DNA of 64,000 nucleotides from the NCBI GenBank assembly GCA_052390235.1, contig JBQTHB010000003.1:256001-320000 (forward strand). The letters are read 5' to 3'. Below the pieces are notes generated by a model. The model searched no databases. It had not been told where the DNA came from and was given only the letters and a program-made list of their open reading frames with translations. Position numbers and translations under genes: made by a program. Shown one piece after another: positions 39,974 to 48,804 of this stretch. Within the stretch, counting starts at the first letter, position 1. The number at the start of each line of letters is the position of its first letter. This DNA comes from Deltaproteobacteria bacterium (lineage in GTDB: Bacteria > Desulfobacterota_D > UBA1144 > Nemesobacterales > CSP1-2).

Positions 39974-41809
39974 TTATCTGACTCTTATCTGAAGTACGTT
40001 CGAATACGCCGAGGATATCCCCGAGCCAACCGCTTTGACTCTGTATAAGTAAGTTCCCAGCGGCACTGAGGAGTTAGTAAAATTGGTAACGTTGCTCCCG
40101 ACCAAGCCGATTTGACTATAGACCGGGGTTTTGCCGAAGCTCGGCTTAAGGGCGCGCTCGATGATAAATCCGCTCTCGGTTTGGGAATTATCCGCCCATC
40201 TGAGCGATACGATTCTGCCGATGACCGACGCCGTAAGCCCGGATGGGGCGTTAATTGTCGCCGTTGAAGCCACTACCTCAACCGTGATTGAGTCAACGTT
40301 GGTTTTATTGCCGCTGTCCGTAACCGAAGCACTAATTGTGTGGATTCCGACTTTAAGCGCTTTACCTGCCGATGGGCCGACTCCGAGAGCGCCCTCCAAA
40401 TTGGACTCCCAGTAAATCTCGGATGATAAATTGCCGTCTTCCGCGTCCAACGCCGCCGCGCTCATCTGAACTACCGCGCCCAATGTGTATTTAGCCCCAT
40501 TCAGCGGCAATGAAATATCCACCACCGGAGGCTCGTTGACGACTCCCTGCGCCGCCGTCTCTACAGCGCGTCTCGCGTTTACCCGTCCCGCTCCAAAGTA
40601 AATGTCCTCGCCCACAGCGCCAATGTCATCGACCGTAGCGAGCAATATCCCCTCTGCCTCGGCTGGGCTAAGCGATGGGTCTGCGGAGAAAATCAGGGCT
40701 AACACTCCTGCAACTGCAGGGGCTGAAAAAGACGTTCCGCTTGCGTTGGCGTAGCTCCCGTTTGAATTTGTCGTGTAGAGTCCGACTCCCGGCGCGGCTA
40801 GGTCAACGTAAGTTCCAAAGCTGGAGAACGAGGCGAGGGTGTCGGTGTTGGTTGTCGCCGATATGGATAGGAAATTCTGCCAGTCGGTGTGAGTTTGCTG
40901 CGCTCCCTGATTGCCGGCTGAGAGAACCGTAACCGCTCCCCTAGCGCGGGCATAAGCCGCCGCGTCGTTAATAGCCTGATAGCTCGCCATCTGGAAGCTC
41001 AGGTTAATGACCCTCGCCCCGTTGTCAGCCGCCCACCTGATGCCTTCGGCGGCATCCGACACATAAGCGCAGCAGGAGCAGTCGGCAACCTGATTGTTCG
41101 TGATTCTGATGGGCAGGATTTTGCTTGCCCAACTCACTCCCGCGCCGCCCACCCCGTTGTTGCCCCAAGCGGCGGCAACCCCTGAGACGAGGGTCCCGTG
41201 GTTGCACACGGCGGAGGTGTTAGTTGTTCCGTCAACGGTGTTAAATCCGGCAAGCACTTTCCCGTTTAGGTCGGCGTGGGTTGATAATACTCCCGTGTCG
41301 CAGACGGCAATTGTTACATCAGGCGAGCCTGTAGTGCTGTTCCAAGCCGCCAGAGATTCGATTTTCGTGTGAACCCACTGACTCCCATAAGAGGGGTCGT
41401 TGGGGATAAGGTCGGGAGGCACGGCTAGGTCAGCCTCGGCGAACTCCACAAGGGGGCTTTGCTTGATGCTGGCTATGAACTCAGCTTCCCGTCCCCTGCC
41501 CACTGACAAGACTTCCATATTGAGCTTCTCAAGAGCGCGCACCCGCAGAGCGCCGACTCTACCCAGGAGATTTAATTTCTCTTCTTCGGATGCCGCTTTA
41601 ATCTCCGGCACTCCCAGTTTGTCAACTGCGTTGCCTCTGAGAGTCCTAAGGGCGCCTCTTGCCTCGACTCCAGATTTGAATTTGACGATGACTCTGCCGC
41701 TCGATACCGGCTCTTGAGCCGCCGCCGATGGGGTGGGGGTGAAACAGGCGAGAAATAAAACAAGCATGGCAGCCGCGGTAACCGCCATGCTTGTGGTAAT
41801 GTGTCTCAT
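39974..41809 (-). CDS. Secreted S8 (subtilisin-like) serine peptidase with Ig-like and FN3 domains
   Basis: Signal peptide; DTG, HGT and GTSFSAP catalytic triad; C-terminal APSGL...W.DNS..E.GF.IER...Y.YRV.A (FN3). Confidence 0.93.
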   Translation of the reverse strand: MRHITTSMAVTAAAMLVLFLACFTPTPSAAAQEPVSSGRVIVKFKSGVEARGALRTLRGNAVDKLGVPEIKAASEEEKLNLLGRVGALRVRALEKLNMEVLSVGRGREAEFIASIKQSPLVEFAEADLAVPPDLIPNDPSYGSQWVHTKIESLAAWNSTTGSPDVTIAVCDTGVLSTHADLNGKVLAGFNTVDGTTNTSAVCNHGTLVSGVAAAWGNNGVGGAGVSWASKILPIRITNNQVADCSCCAYVSDAAEGIRWAADNGARVINLSFQMASYQAINDAAAYARARGAVTVLSAGNQGAQQTHTDWQNFLSISATTNTDTLASFSSFGTYVDLAAPGVGLYTTNSNGSYANASGTSFSAPAVAGVLALIFSADPSLSPAEAEGILLATVDDIGAVGEDIYFGAGRVNARRAVETAAQGVVNEPPVVDISLPLNGAKYTLGAVVQMSAAALDAEDGNLSSEIYWESNLEGALGVGPSAGKALKVGIHTISASVTDSGNKTNVDSITVEVVASTATINAPSGLTASVIGRIVSLRWADNSQTESGFIIERALKPSFGKTPVYSQIGLVGSNVTNFTNSSVPLGTYLYRVKAVGSGISSAYSNVLQIRVR

Positions 41810-41929
41810 AGGAATGCCTCCTTAAAGTGGTTTTTATGGCCACCCTAGGAATGGAAGCACCCTTCAGACCCTAATGAAGGAGGTAGTAAACCAAATCTTA
41901 GGCAATTTTTTGTAAATCAACAGCGAACC

Positions 41930-42060
41930 GCCTATCTTCGGCAACCCGGCCACCTTGGCTGTGCGCCGCTCATCGGTAATCTGATTTGCGCCTGACACCA
42001 GCGTTAGGTCGAAGGCTTTGCGTCCCATTCTTTCAAATGGTTTGCCCTTTCGGTTAGGTA
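41930..42060 (-). ncRNA. c-di-GMP-I (GEMM-I) riboswitch
   Basis: AAAGGGCAAACCAUUUGAAAGAAUGGGACGCAAAGCCUUCGACCUAAC...GGUGGCCGGGUUGCCGAA matches the Vc2-type aptamer; in the 5' UTR of the S8 peptidase. Confidence 0.92.
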
Positions 42061-42097
42061 AAAATGATTCTAACTCGAACATTTCACAGGTAATGAG

Positions 42098-42113
42098 TGC
42101 AATATTTGTGCCG
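42098..42113 (-). promoter_or_regulatory. Sigma-54 promoter upstream of the riboswitch
   Basis: CGGCAC-AAATA-TTGCA, GG-N10-GC; predicted +1 about 25-30 nt before the aptamer. Confidence 0.7.
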
Positions 42114-42353
42114 CGCGAGTCCGCCTGCCCAAATTCAAGATAATTCCCAATAATTGCGCCGAATTCGAGGGATTTACCGGTTCATAGCTGAACAGAGCAT
42201 CAATTAATATTAACAAATATTGACTACTTTCGGACGATAATTGTCATCCGGCGGCGCGCTCATAGCCCCATGATTTAACAGACCTGTCTTCTCGAACCAT
42301 TCTGTGATAGAATCCGCGAGTGCAATCGCTCTTGTCAGAGAGGAGTTGATCAA

Positions 42354-42857
42354 ATGGCAGAGGAAGCCGGGAAAAAAGGCAAGGCAAAAATTCTGCGCGG
42401 TATTAAGAGCAGGGAAATTATTGAGCTTATCGAGGCTACCGAGGGCATCAAGTTCGATTCCGACCGCCTTTACTACTACGAGCGAACGGGGCTAATAGTG
42501 CCGAGCGTAAGGCGCGCTGAGGGGCGTGGCGTGCCGAAACTCTATTCCGTAGAGGATTTTATAATGCTTCGGTGGCTCGTGTCGCTTCGCAAGCAGGGAA
42601 TCTCGATTCAGCGTTTCCGGGACGTTATTGAATTTCTCAAGCAAAAAATGCCGGAAGCCATAAAAAACCCCCGGAACTGCGTTCTCATCACCGATGGCAA
42701 GTCGATAAAATTCTTCGATAAAGTCTCCTCGCAAGCCCTCGACGTGCTGAGAGATACGGGACAGTACCTGCTAGTTTTCCCAGTCGGCAGGATGATGGAG
42801 CAGGGCGAAGAGGCAATTAAAAAGCTGAGGACATCGGGCAAACCCAGAGGCGGTTGA
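42354..42857 (+). CDS. MerR-family transcriptional regulator
   Basis: RLYYYERTGLIVPS...KLYSVEDF..L.....LRKQGIS HTH. Confidence 0.85.
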   Translation: MAEEAGKKGKAKILRGIKSREIIELIEATEGIKFDSDRLYYYERTGLIVPSVRRAEGRGVPKLYSVEDFIMLRWLVSLRKQGISIQRFRDVIEFLKQKMPEAIKNPRNCVLITDGKSIKFFDKVSSQALDVLRDTGQYLLVFPVGRMMEQGEEAIKKLRTSGKPRGG

Positions 42858-42872
42858 ACTTCGGAGGGAACC

Positions 42873-43298
42873 ATGTCGGTACACGGAATTTTATCCGGCG
42901 CAAAGCAGATTATTTACTCGGATTTGGTCTCGATAACACTGCCTCGCAGCAAATCCCGAATTGTCAGGAATAACGGCGACCAAGTCCACTGCGCGCTCTA
43001 TCGGGGAATCAAAGGGCTGTTCCGAAAAGATGTGGGAGAGACCAGAGCCTTCGGGCGGGGTATCTGCGACAAAGTAGCGGCGGCGATGAATAATCGGGGT
43101 TTTTTCACATCGGACGAACTGCCCAATTACGGGATTTCCGAGAGCGAAAGGGACGCAATAGTGAACCGACTCGCCGCCGACCCTGAGGAGGATTTGATTC
43201 TCATCTTTGCATACGGCGGAGAAGAGGCTAGGGCGTCTCTGAGGCTGTGCGAGGATTTAATCCGCGAGGCTAAATACACCTGGATTTATAGCCCCTGA
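42873..43298 (+). CDS. Stand-alone GAD domain resembling the AspRS-like insertion of archaeal GatE
   Basis: GFFTSDELPNYGISESE...DLILIFA resembles GatE GIFH.DELP.YGITEEE...DAVV.VA. Confidence 0.65.
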   Translation: MSVHGILSGAKQIIYSDLVSITLPRSKSRIVRNNGDQVHCALYRGIKGLFRKDVGETRAFGRGICDKVAAAMNNRGFFTSDELPNYGISESERDAIVNRLAADPEEDLILIFAYGGEEARASLRLCEDLIREAKYTWIYSP

Positions 43299-43313
43299 GA
43301 ATTTCCGGCGCGA

Positions 43314-43630
43314 GGGAGCGGAGTCGAACTAGGGATTCCCACTTTCGTGAGAATGACAAGAATAAGGCTCGGTATGAAGCGTCGCGGCGAGCCAGCGGAA
43401 GCAACTTAGGCTGTCATCCCCGCAACTCCTCCGAGCGGGAATCCATTCATCTTCACCCTGAGCGGAGTCGAACTGCGGATTCCCACTTTCGTGGGAATGA
43501 CAAGAATAAGGCCCGGTATGAAGTGTCGCGGCGAACCAGCGGAAGCAACTTAGGCTGTCATTCCCGCAACTCCTCCTTCTGTCATTCCGAGCGCGGAGAG
43601 GAATCTCACTGAGGATTTCTCTTGTGAGTT
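43314..43630. repeat. dRS3/REP-like tandem repeat (144-bp period), inverted relative to the 39.4 kb cluster
   Basis: GATTCCCACTTTCGTG(A/G)GAATGACAAGAATAAGGC... at 43334 and 43478. Confidence 0.88.
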
Positions 43631-43746
43631 TGCGCGTTTTCGCATGACTCTTGCATTTCACTGCGAAGAGTTGTTTTTCATCCTGCTTGGCGCATTCTGT
43701 GCGGGCTTGAACGTTGCCCCTCGGCGTTATAGAATTCTAGGCGATT

Positions 43747-45105
43747 ATGTCAGTAAATTTATCGAGACCACTTCCTCAAAACATCGAAGCAGAGCAAGCC
43801 GTGCTTGGCGCCGTGCTTATCGAAGGCGGCGTTATCAATCAGGTTATGGACGTCCTCACGGCGGAGGATTTCTATAGAGATGCGCACAGAAAAATCTTCG
43901 ACGCCATGATAGAGCTTGATAAGAAAAACAAGCCCATAGACATACTCACTCTATTCGATTATCTGAAATCCGGCGGGAAATTAATCGAAGAGGTTGGCGG
44001 CAGCGGCTATCTCACTTACCTCACCGAACTCGTCCCCTCCACCGTGAACGTGGCGTACTATGCGAGGCTCGTCAAGGAAAAATCGGTGCTGAGACGGCTC
44101 GTCGTCGTCGCTACGGACATCGCAACCCGCGGACAAGAGGAATCAATTGACCTCGATGATTTTATAGACCAAGCCGAGCATTCTATATTTGACGTAGCCC
44201 AGAACAAGATAAAACCGAGCTTCTACAGCACGAGGGAACTCGCGGCGCAGGCTCTTGAAATCATCGAGAAACTCCACTCGAGAAAAGAAAACATTACCGG
44301 AGTGCCAACCGGCTTCGAGAAATTGGACTCCATGACCTCCGGGCTTCAAGGCTCGGACCTGGTCATAGTCGCCGCGAGGCCTGGGCTTGGGAAAACCTCG
44401 TTTTGCCTCGACATTGCCGCCCATGCCGCCGTGGAACACGCCCTCAGCATAGGGATATTCTCTCTTGAGATGACAAAAGAGCAGCTCATGCTGAGGATGA
44501 TTTCGAGCAGGGCAAAGGTGAGCTACTCGAACATTAGGAGCGGATATATTAAAAACTCCGAGCTTGAGAAACTAGTAGCCGCCGCCGACACCTTCAGCCA
44601 AGCGAAAATCTATATTGATGACACCGCCGCTATAAGCGTGCTGGAGCTTCGGGCGAAGGCGAGACGGCAGAAGAAGGAAAAAGGACTCGACCTCATCATT
44701 GTTGATTATCTTCAGCTCATGAGGGGAAGCTCTAGAACCGAGACCAGAGAGAGAGAAATTGCCGAGATTTCAGGCTCTCTAAAGGCGCTGGCGAAGGAGC
44801 TGAAAGTGCCGGTCATTGCGGTGTCTCAGCTCAGCCGCCAGACCGAAACCCGCTCGGACAAACGCCCCCAACTGTCGGATTTGCGAGAGAGCGGCGCGCT
44901 TGAGCAGGACGCCGACGTCGTAATGTTCATCCACCGCGCCGACGCCTATAAAAAACCCGAAGAACGGGACGGCATAGCCGAACTCATCATTGGCAAGCAG
45001 AGAAATGGCCCCACGGGGATAATAAAGCTCGCCTTCCTAGATAAATTGGGCGTGCCGAGCTTCGAGAACCTCGCCCCCGAGTACGAGGATATGGGCGTGA
45101 TTTAG
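43747..45105 (+). CDS. dnaB: Replicative DNA helicase DnaB
   Basis: PQNIEAEQAVLG, AARPGLGKT, DYLQLM, SQLSR, SDLRESGALEQDAD, KQRNGP; no intein. Confidence 0.98.
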   Translation: MSVNLSRPLPQNIEAEQAVLGAVLIEGGVINQVMDVLTAEDFYRDAHRKIFDAMIELDKKNKPIDILTLFDYLKSGGKLIEEVGGSGYLTYLTELVPSTVNVAYYARLVKEKSVLRRLVVVATDIATRGQEESIDLDDFIDQAEHSIFDVAQNKIKPSFYSTRELAAQALEIIEKLHSRKENITGVPTGFEKLDSMTSGLQGSDLVIVAARPGLGKTSFCLDIAAHAAVEHALSIGIFSLEMTKEQLMLRMISSRAKVSYSNIRSGYIKNSELEKLVAAADTFSQAKIYIDDTAAISVLELRAKARRQKKEKGLDLIIVDYLQLMRGSSRTETREREIAEISGSLKALAKELKVPVIAVSQLSRQTETRSDKRPQLSDLRESGALEQDADVVMFIHRADAYKKPEERDGIAELIIGKQRNGPTGIIKLAFLDKLGVPSFENLAPEYEDMGVI

Positions 45106-45296
45106 GCTCCTCGAACTATTCGGGCTGAGCCGCCCCCCCCCCCGCCTGATAAGCCAGAGGCTCGTCCTCTACAGATATTTGCCCATCATCCTCAGCAGAG
45201 CGAAAGCAATAGATTCTAGTGCGGGGACTCAGAAGGGCGCGGCTCTATAAAAATGAGCTATACGCCCCCCAATCCCCTAACGCCCCTATCGGCAGA

Positions 45297-45334
45297 TTAA
45301 CCCCACTCTAACCCGATGTTCACGCCGTATTAAC
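45297..45334 (+). promoter_or_regulatory. Pho-box-like 11-bp-periodic repeats
   Basis: TTAAC 45297, CTAAC 45308, TTCAC 45319, TTAAC 45330. Confidence 0.7.
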
Positions 45335-45383
45335 ATTTCCGGTTTTAACTTGGCGGGTACACACAGGACAAACGGAGGGGATT

Positions 45384-46949
45384 ATGATTATCAGAGCGGC
45401 ACTTTCAATATTGGCGATGGCGGCGATGCTCGCAGGGAGCGCGTCGGCCGAGATACGCCTCACACAAATAGGGACTTACTCAAGCGGGGTTTTTGACGGC
45501 GGAGGGGCAGAGATTGTGGCTCACGACCCCGGAACGCAGAGAATTTTCATCGTAAACCTAGACGCCAGAGGAATTGACGTGGTGAGCATTGCAAACCCCG
45601 CAAGTCCGACTCTTCTATTCACAATTGACGTTACGCCTTATGGGGAGGCGGCAAACAGCGTAGCCGTCCACGGAGGGATTGTCGCCGCCGCTGTGCAGAA
45701 TAACCCCAGCACCGACCCCGGACGAGCGGTGTTTTTCGATACTAACGGCAACTTTCTGGGCTCCGTCGTTGTGGGCGCGCTCCCGGACATGATTACATTT
45801 ACCCCGAACGGCAGGAGAGCGCTTGTCGCTAACGAGGGCGAGCCGAACGACTCCTACACGATAGACCCCGAAGGCTCGGTCAGCATAATTGACATCTCAA
45901 AAGGTATATCCAACCTCACTCAGGCAAATGTTGTAACAGCCGGATTTACTCAGTTTAGCCCAGATTCTCTCGATGCAAGCGTGAGAATTTTTGGTCCTAA
46001 CGCCTCCGTCGCCCAAGACCTTGAGCCTGAATATATCACCGTTTCGCCGGATTCAAAGAGGGCGTGGGTTACCCTTCAGGAAGCCAACGCCCTGGGCATA
46101 TTAGACATTAACGCGGGGAAATTCACGCAAATCGTCGGGTTTGGATTCAAAAATCACAACGCCCGGCAAAACGCCCTCGATGCAAGCGACCGCGACAGCG
46201 CAATCAACATCGCCCCCTGGCCCGTGCTTGGGATGTATCAGCCGGACTCCATTGCGAGCTATGAATTTTTCGGCAAAACCTATCTCGTAACCGCCAACGA
46301 AGGAGACGCGAGAGACTACGAGGGATTCGCCGAAGAGGTGCGCGTGGGGAGCGTTACGCTTGATGCGGCAATCTTCCCCAACGCGTCAGTTCTCCGCATG
46401 AACGCCAACCTCGGGCGGCTCACGGTATCGAGGGTCAACGCCGATACGGACGGCGACGGGGACTTTGACAGATTATTTGTAACCGGAGCGCGATCACTGT
46501 CAATCTGGACTGCGGACGGTAAAAGGGTATTCGACAGCGGGGACGATTTCGAGCAGATAACAGCCGCCCTTCTGCCCGATAATTTCAACGCCAATAACGA
46601 CAACAACGACTCCTTCGACACGAGAAGCGACAACAAGGGTCCTGAGCCGGAAGGGGTTGTCGTAGGCAAAATCCTCCTCAGCACCTACGCCTTCATCGGG
46701 CTTGAGAGAATCGGCGGAGTGATGGTTTATAACATCACAAACCCCTTTAGCCCGAAATTCGTCGAGTACGTGAATAACCGCAATTTCTCGGTTGAAGCCG
46801 AAGACCCATTGGCGGGGGATTTGGGACCAGAAGGACTCATTTTCATATCCGCGCTCAATAGCCCAATTGCAAGACCGCTCCTCATAGTGGCAAACGAGGT
46901 AAGCGGCACGACGACGATATATCGCATTGACCTCGACATCCTGCCCTAG
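45384..46949 (+). CDS. Secreted choice-of-anchor I family beta-propeller (alkaline phosphatase-associated)
   Basis: Signal peptide; GALPDM..FTP, ANEGEP, DLEPEY, RSDNKGPEPEG, DLGPEG, NEVSGTT. Confidence 0.88.
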   Translation: MIIRAALSILAMAAMLAGSASAEIRLTQIGTYSSGVFDGGGAEIVAHDPGTQRIFIVNLDARGIDVVSIANPASPTLLFTIDVTPYGEAANSVAVHGGIVAAAVQNNPSTDPGRAVFFDTNGNFLGSVVVGALPDMITFTPNGRRALVANEGEPNDSYTIDPEGSVSIIDISKGISNLTQANVVTAGFTQFSPDSLDASVRIFGPNASVAQDLEPEYITVSPDSKRAWVTLQEANALGILDINAGKFTQIVGFGFKNHNARQNALDASDRDSAINIAPWPVLGMYQPDSIASYEFFGKTYLVTANEGDARDYEGFAEEVRVGSVTLDAAIFPNASVLRMNANLGRLTVSRVNADTDGDGDFDRLFVTGARSLSIWTADGKRVFDSGDDFEQITAALLPDNFNANNDNNDSFDTRSDNKGPEPEGVVVGKILLSTYAFIGLERIGGVMVYNITNPFSPKFVEYVNNRNFSVEAEDPLAGDLGPEGLIFISALNSPIARPLLIVANEVSGTTTIYRIDLDILP

Positions 46950-47068
46950 AGCCGGGTTAAGAGGGGGCGGATATGTTCCCACAAAGCCGAGAAATTATTC
47001 GCCCCGAGTATCTATGCCGGAGAATAGCGCCGCCGGGACTGAGACAGAGCGATGGGTTCTGGCGGCAT

Positions 47069-47314
47069 TTACCTATCCTCTGCTCTCTTGTCCGACAAGG
47101 CTTTTGCCGAGGAGTAGGAGGATACGCTGTAGGGAACAAAAAAGGTCAGAAGGGATTTAATGCACAGAGCCGAGGTAATTTTCAGCGCGGCAAGCTCGTC
47201 GCAGTGGTTTATTAATATGACTATCGGGGCGACGATTGCCGCCACTTTGACGGCTCTTTTGCGGGTTTCGGGCTTGAAAAAATCCATCCAAAAGAGTTTT
47301 CTCTCTTCTCTCAT
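47069..47314 (-). CDS. NrtS-like small membrane protein
   Basis: RAVKVA.IV..I.ILINH.D...LTF.VPY.VSSYS. Confidence 0.7.
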   Translation of the reverse strand: MREERKLFWMDFFKPETRKRAVKVAAIVAPIVILINHCDELAALKITSALCIKSLLTFFVPYSVSSYSSAKALSDKRAEDR

Positions 47315-47373
47315 CGTCTTCCCGCCGTCTGTAGTGGGTAGTGCGCTGGCGCGTGGGCAGGGGGGCGCGAGGC

Positions 47374-47856
47374 TCAATCGCGGAAATTATTAAACTGAAG
47401 CGGCAGGTCGAAATCCGTCCCCCGGAGCAGGGCGATAGCCTCCTGGAGGTCGTCTTTTTTCTTCCCCGACACGCGCACCTTTTCGTCCTGAATCGAAGCC
47501 TGCACCTTGAGCTTTGCGTCTTTTACCATCTGGACAATCTTCTTGCCGAGAGTGGTTTCGATTCCCTTTCGCAGAGTGATAACCTGACGCGCCTTAGCCC
47601 CGGCAACCTCAGGCTTATCCTCTTTGAGGCAGATTAAATCAATCCCCCTCTTGGCGAGCTTCGAGCGCAGGATGTCAACCATCTGATTCAACTGAAATTC
47701 GCTCTGGGTGTTAAGCGTAACGACGTTGTCCTTAAGCTCATATAGCGAATTCGTGCCTTTGAAATCGAAGCGCGTCGTAATTTCGCGGTTCGCCTGATCC
47801 ACGCCGTTTACGACCTCGTGCATATTTAGCTCGGAAACCACGTCAAAAGAAGGCAT
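47374..47856 (-). CDS. yajQ: YajQ-family (c-di-GMP/nucleotide-binding) protein
   Basis: MPSFDVVSE, RFDFKG, RVSGKKKDDLQ, PLQFNNFRD. Confidence 0.97.
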   Translation of the reverse strand: MPSFDVVSELNMHEVVNGVDQANREITTRFDFKGTNSLYELKDNVVTLNTQSEFQLNQMVDILRSKLAKRGIDLICLKEDKPEVAGAKARQVITLRKGIETTLGKKIVQMVKDAKLKVQASIQDEKVRVSGKKKDDLQEAIALLRGTDFDLPLQFNNFRD

Positions 47857-47941
47857 TTTGCCACACTCCCCTTACATTTATTTATTAGCGCGAACTGCCC
47901 ACCCCCGAATATCCGAGCCAGACTGCCGCGCCGAGGGTATT

Positions 47942-48646
47942 TTATTTGAGAATCTCTAACGCCGCCGGAGCGATTACATCCACCCACTCGGAGTACATCT
48001 TTTGGGAGGGATGCAAGCCATCCGAGGCGATAAGCGCCGAATCCCCCTCGGCTTTTCTGGATATTCCAGTAACGTCAACGTAGGCAACTCCATTCCTGCC
48101 AGATGCGGCTCTGTTGATTGCGTTGAACTGGTCAATCGCCGCCCCTATTTTCGCCCCGCCAAGCCGCCTGCCTAGAGGGGTCGCTCCGTAGTCGGGAATT
48201 GAAATCACAATTACGCGGGAGGGATTTCCCCCGGTAAGAGCGATGGATTTAGCCAAGAGTATATCGAACTCTGGGGCGTAGCTCTCGGCGGAGTAGCCCT
48301 GAAACTGATTATTGACACCTATGAGGAGCAGAACCAGGTCGTAGGGCGGGGCGAGGCTTGCCGAAGAGATAGCCGCCCGCAGATTTTCTGTAGTCCAACC
48401 GGTGCGCGCAATTATTAGAGGAGGAGAGACGCTGAGCCCCTCGGACTTTAATTCTCTGGCTAGTAGCGCCGGATAGGAGTCCTCATGGGCTACGCCTTGG
48501 CCTATGGTGTAGGAGTCGCCGAGGGCTAGGATTTTGAGCATCGCAGTATCGGTTTCGGCTGATATGCCGGGGGATTCAGCGGGCTGATTCCGACAGGAAA
48601 GAGCCATGAGTAAAACGCATATCGCCGTGATAATCCGCCGCCGCAT
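47942..48646 (-). CDS. SGNH/GDSL hydrolase lipoprotein
   Basis: Lipobox ALSC; LGDSYT, GVNN, DGLHPS. Confidence 0.92.
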   Translation of the reverse strand: MRRRIITAICVLLMALSCRNQPAESPGISAETDTAMLKILALGDSYTIGQGVAHEDSYPALLARELKSEGLSVSPPLIIARTGWTTENLRAAISSASLAPPYDLVLLLIGVNNQFQGYSAESYAPEFDILLAKSIALTGGNPSRVIVISIPDYGATPLGRRLGGAKIGAAIDQFNAINRAASGRNGVAYVDVTGISRKAEGDSALIASDGLHPSQKMYSEWVDVIAPAALEILK

Positions 48647-48804
48647 TGGGGTTTTAGGTTACAGGAGCGCCCGCCCGATGTCAAAATTGCGGGGGTTGCT
48701 CCATGGCTTAATTAAATATTCACGGGAAACGATTGTTTTTTGGAAACTCGTTTTGGTATAATCATCTGCGGCAACGGTAAAGGCGAAGTTCCACGCAGAG
48801 AGTC

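Noticed and set aside
41930..42060. c-AMP-GMP (GEMM-Ib) riboswitch variant
   Set aside because: The specificity position equivalent to Vc2 G20 is G, not A
41864..42082. 72-aa minus-strand ORF
   Set aside because: Coincides with the riboswitch aptamer and starts at about the predicted TSS; better explained as non-coding leader
39397..43630. Repeat clusters as a CRISPR array, with the 27-28 kb gene as cas4
   Set aside because: Units are degenerate and irregularly spaced, with repeated rather than unique spacers; no cas1/cas2 or effector genes
43329..43661. ORFs lying inside repeat clusters (also 23883-24194, 28448-28913, 39378-39605)
   Set aside because: They are translations of the palindromic repeats (CHSHESGNP, VIPNA.RNL) without SD support
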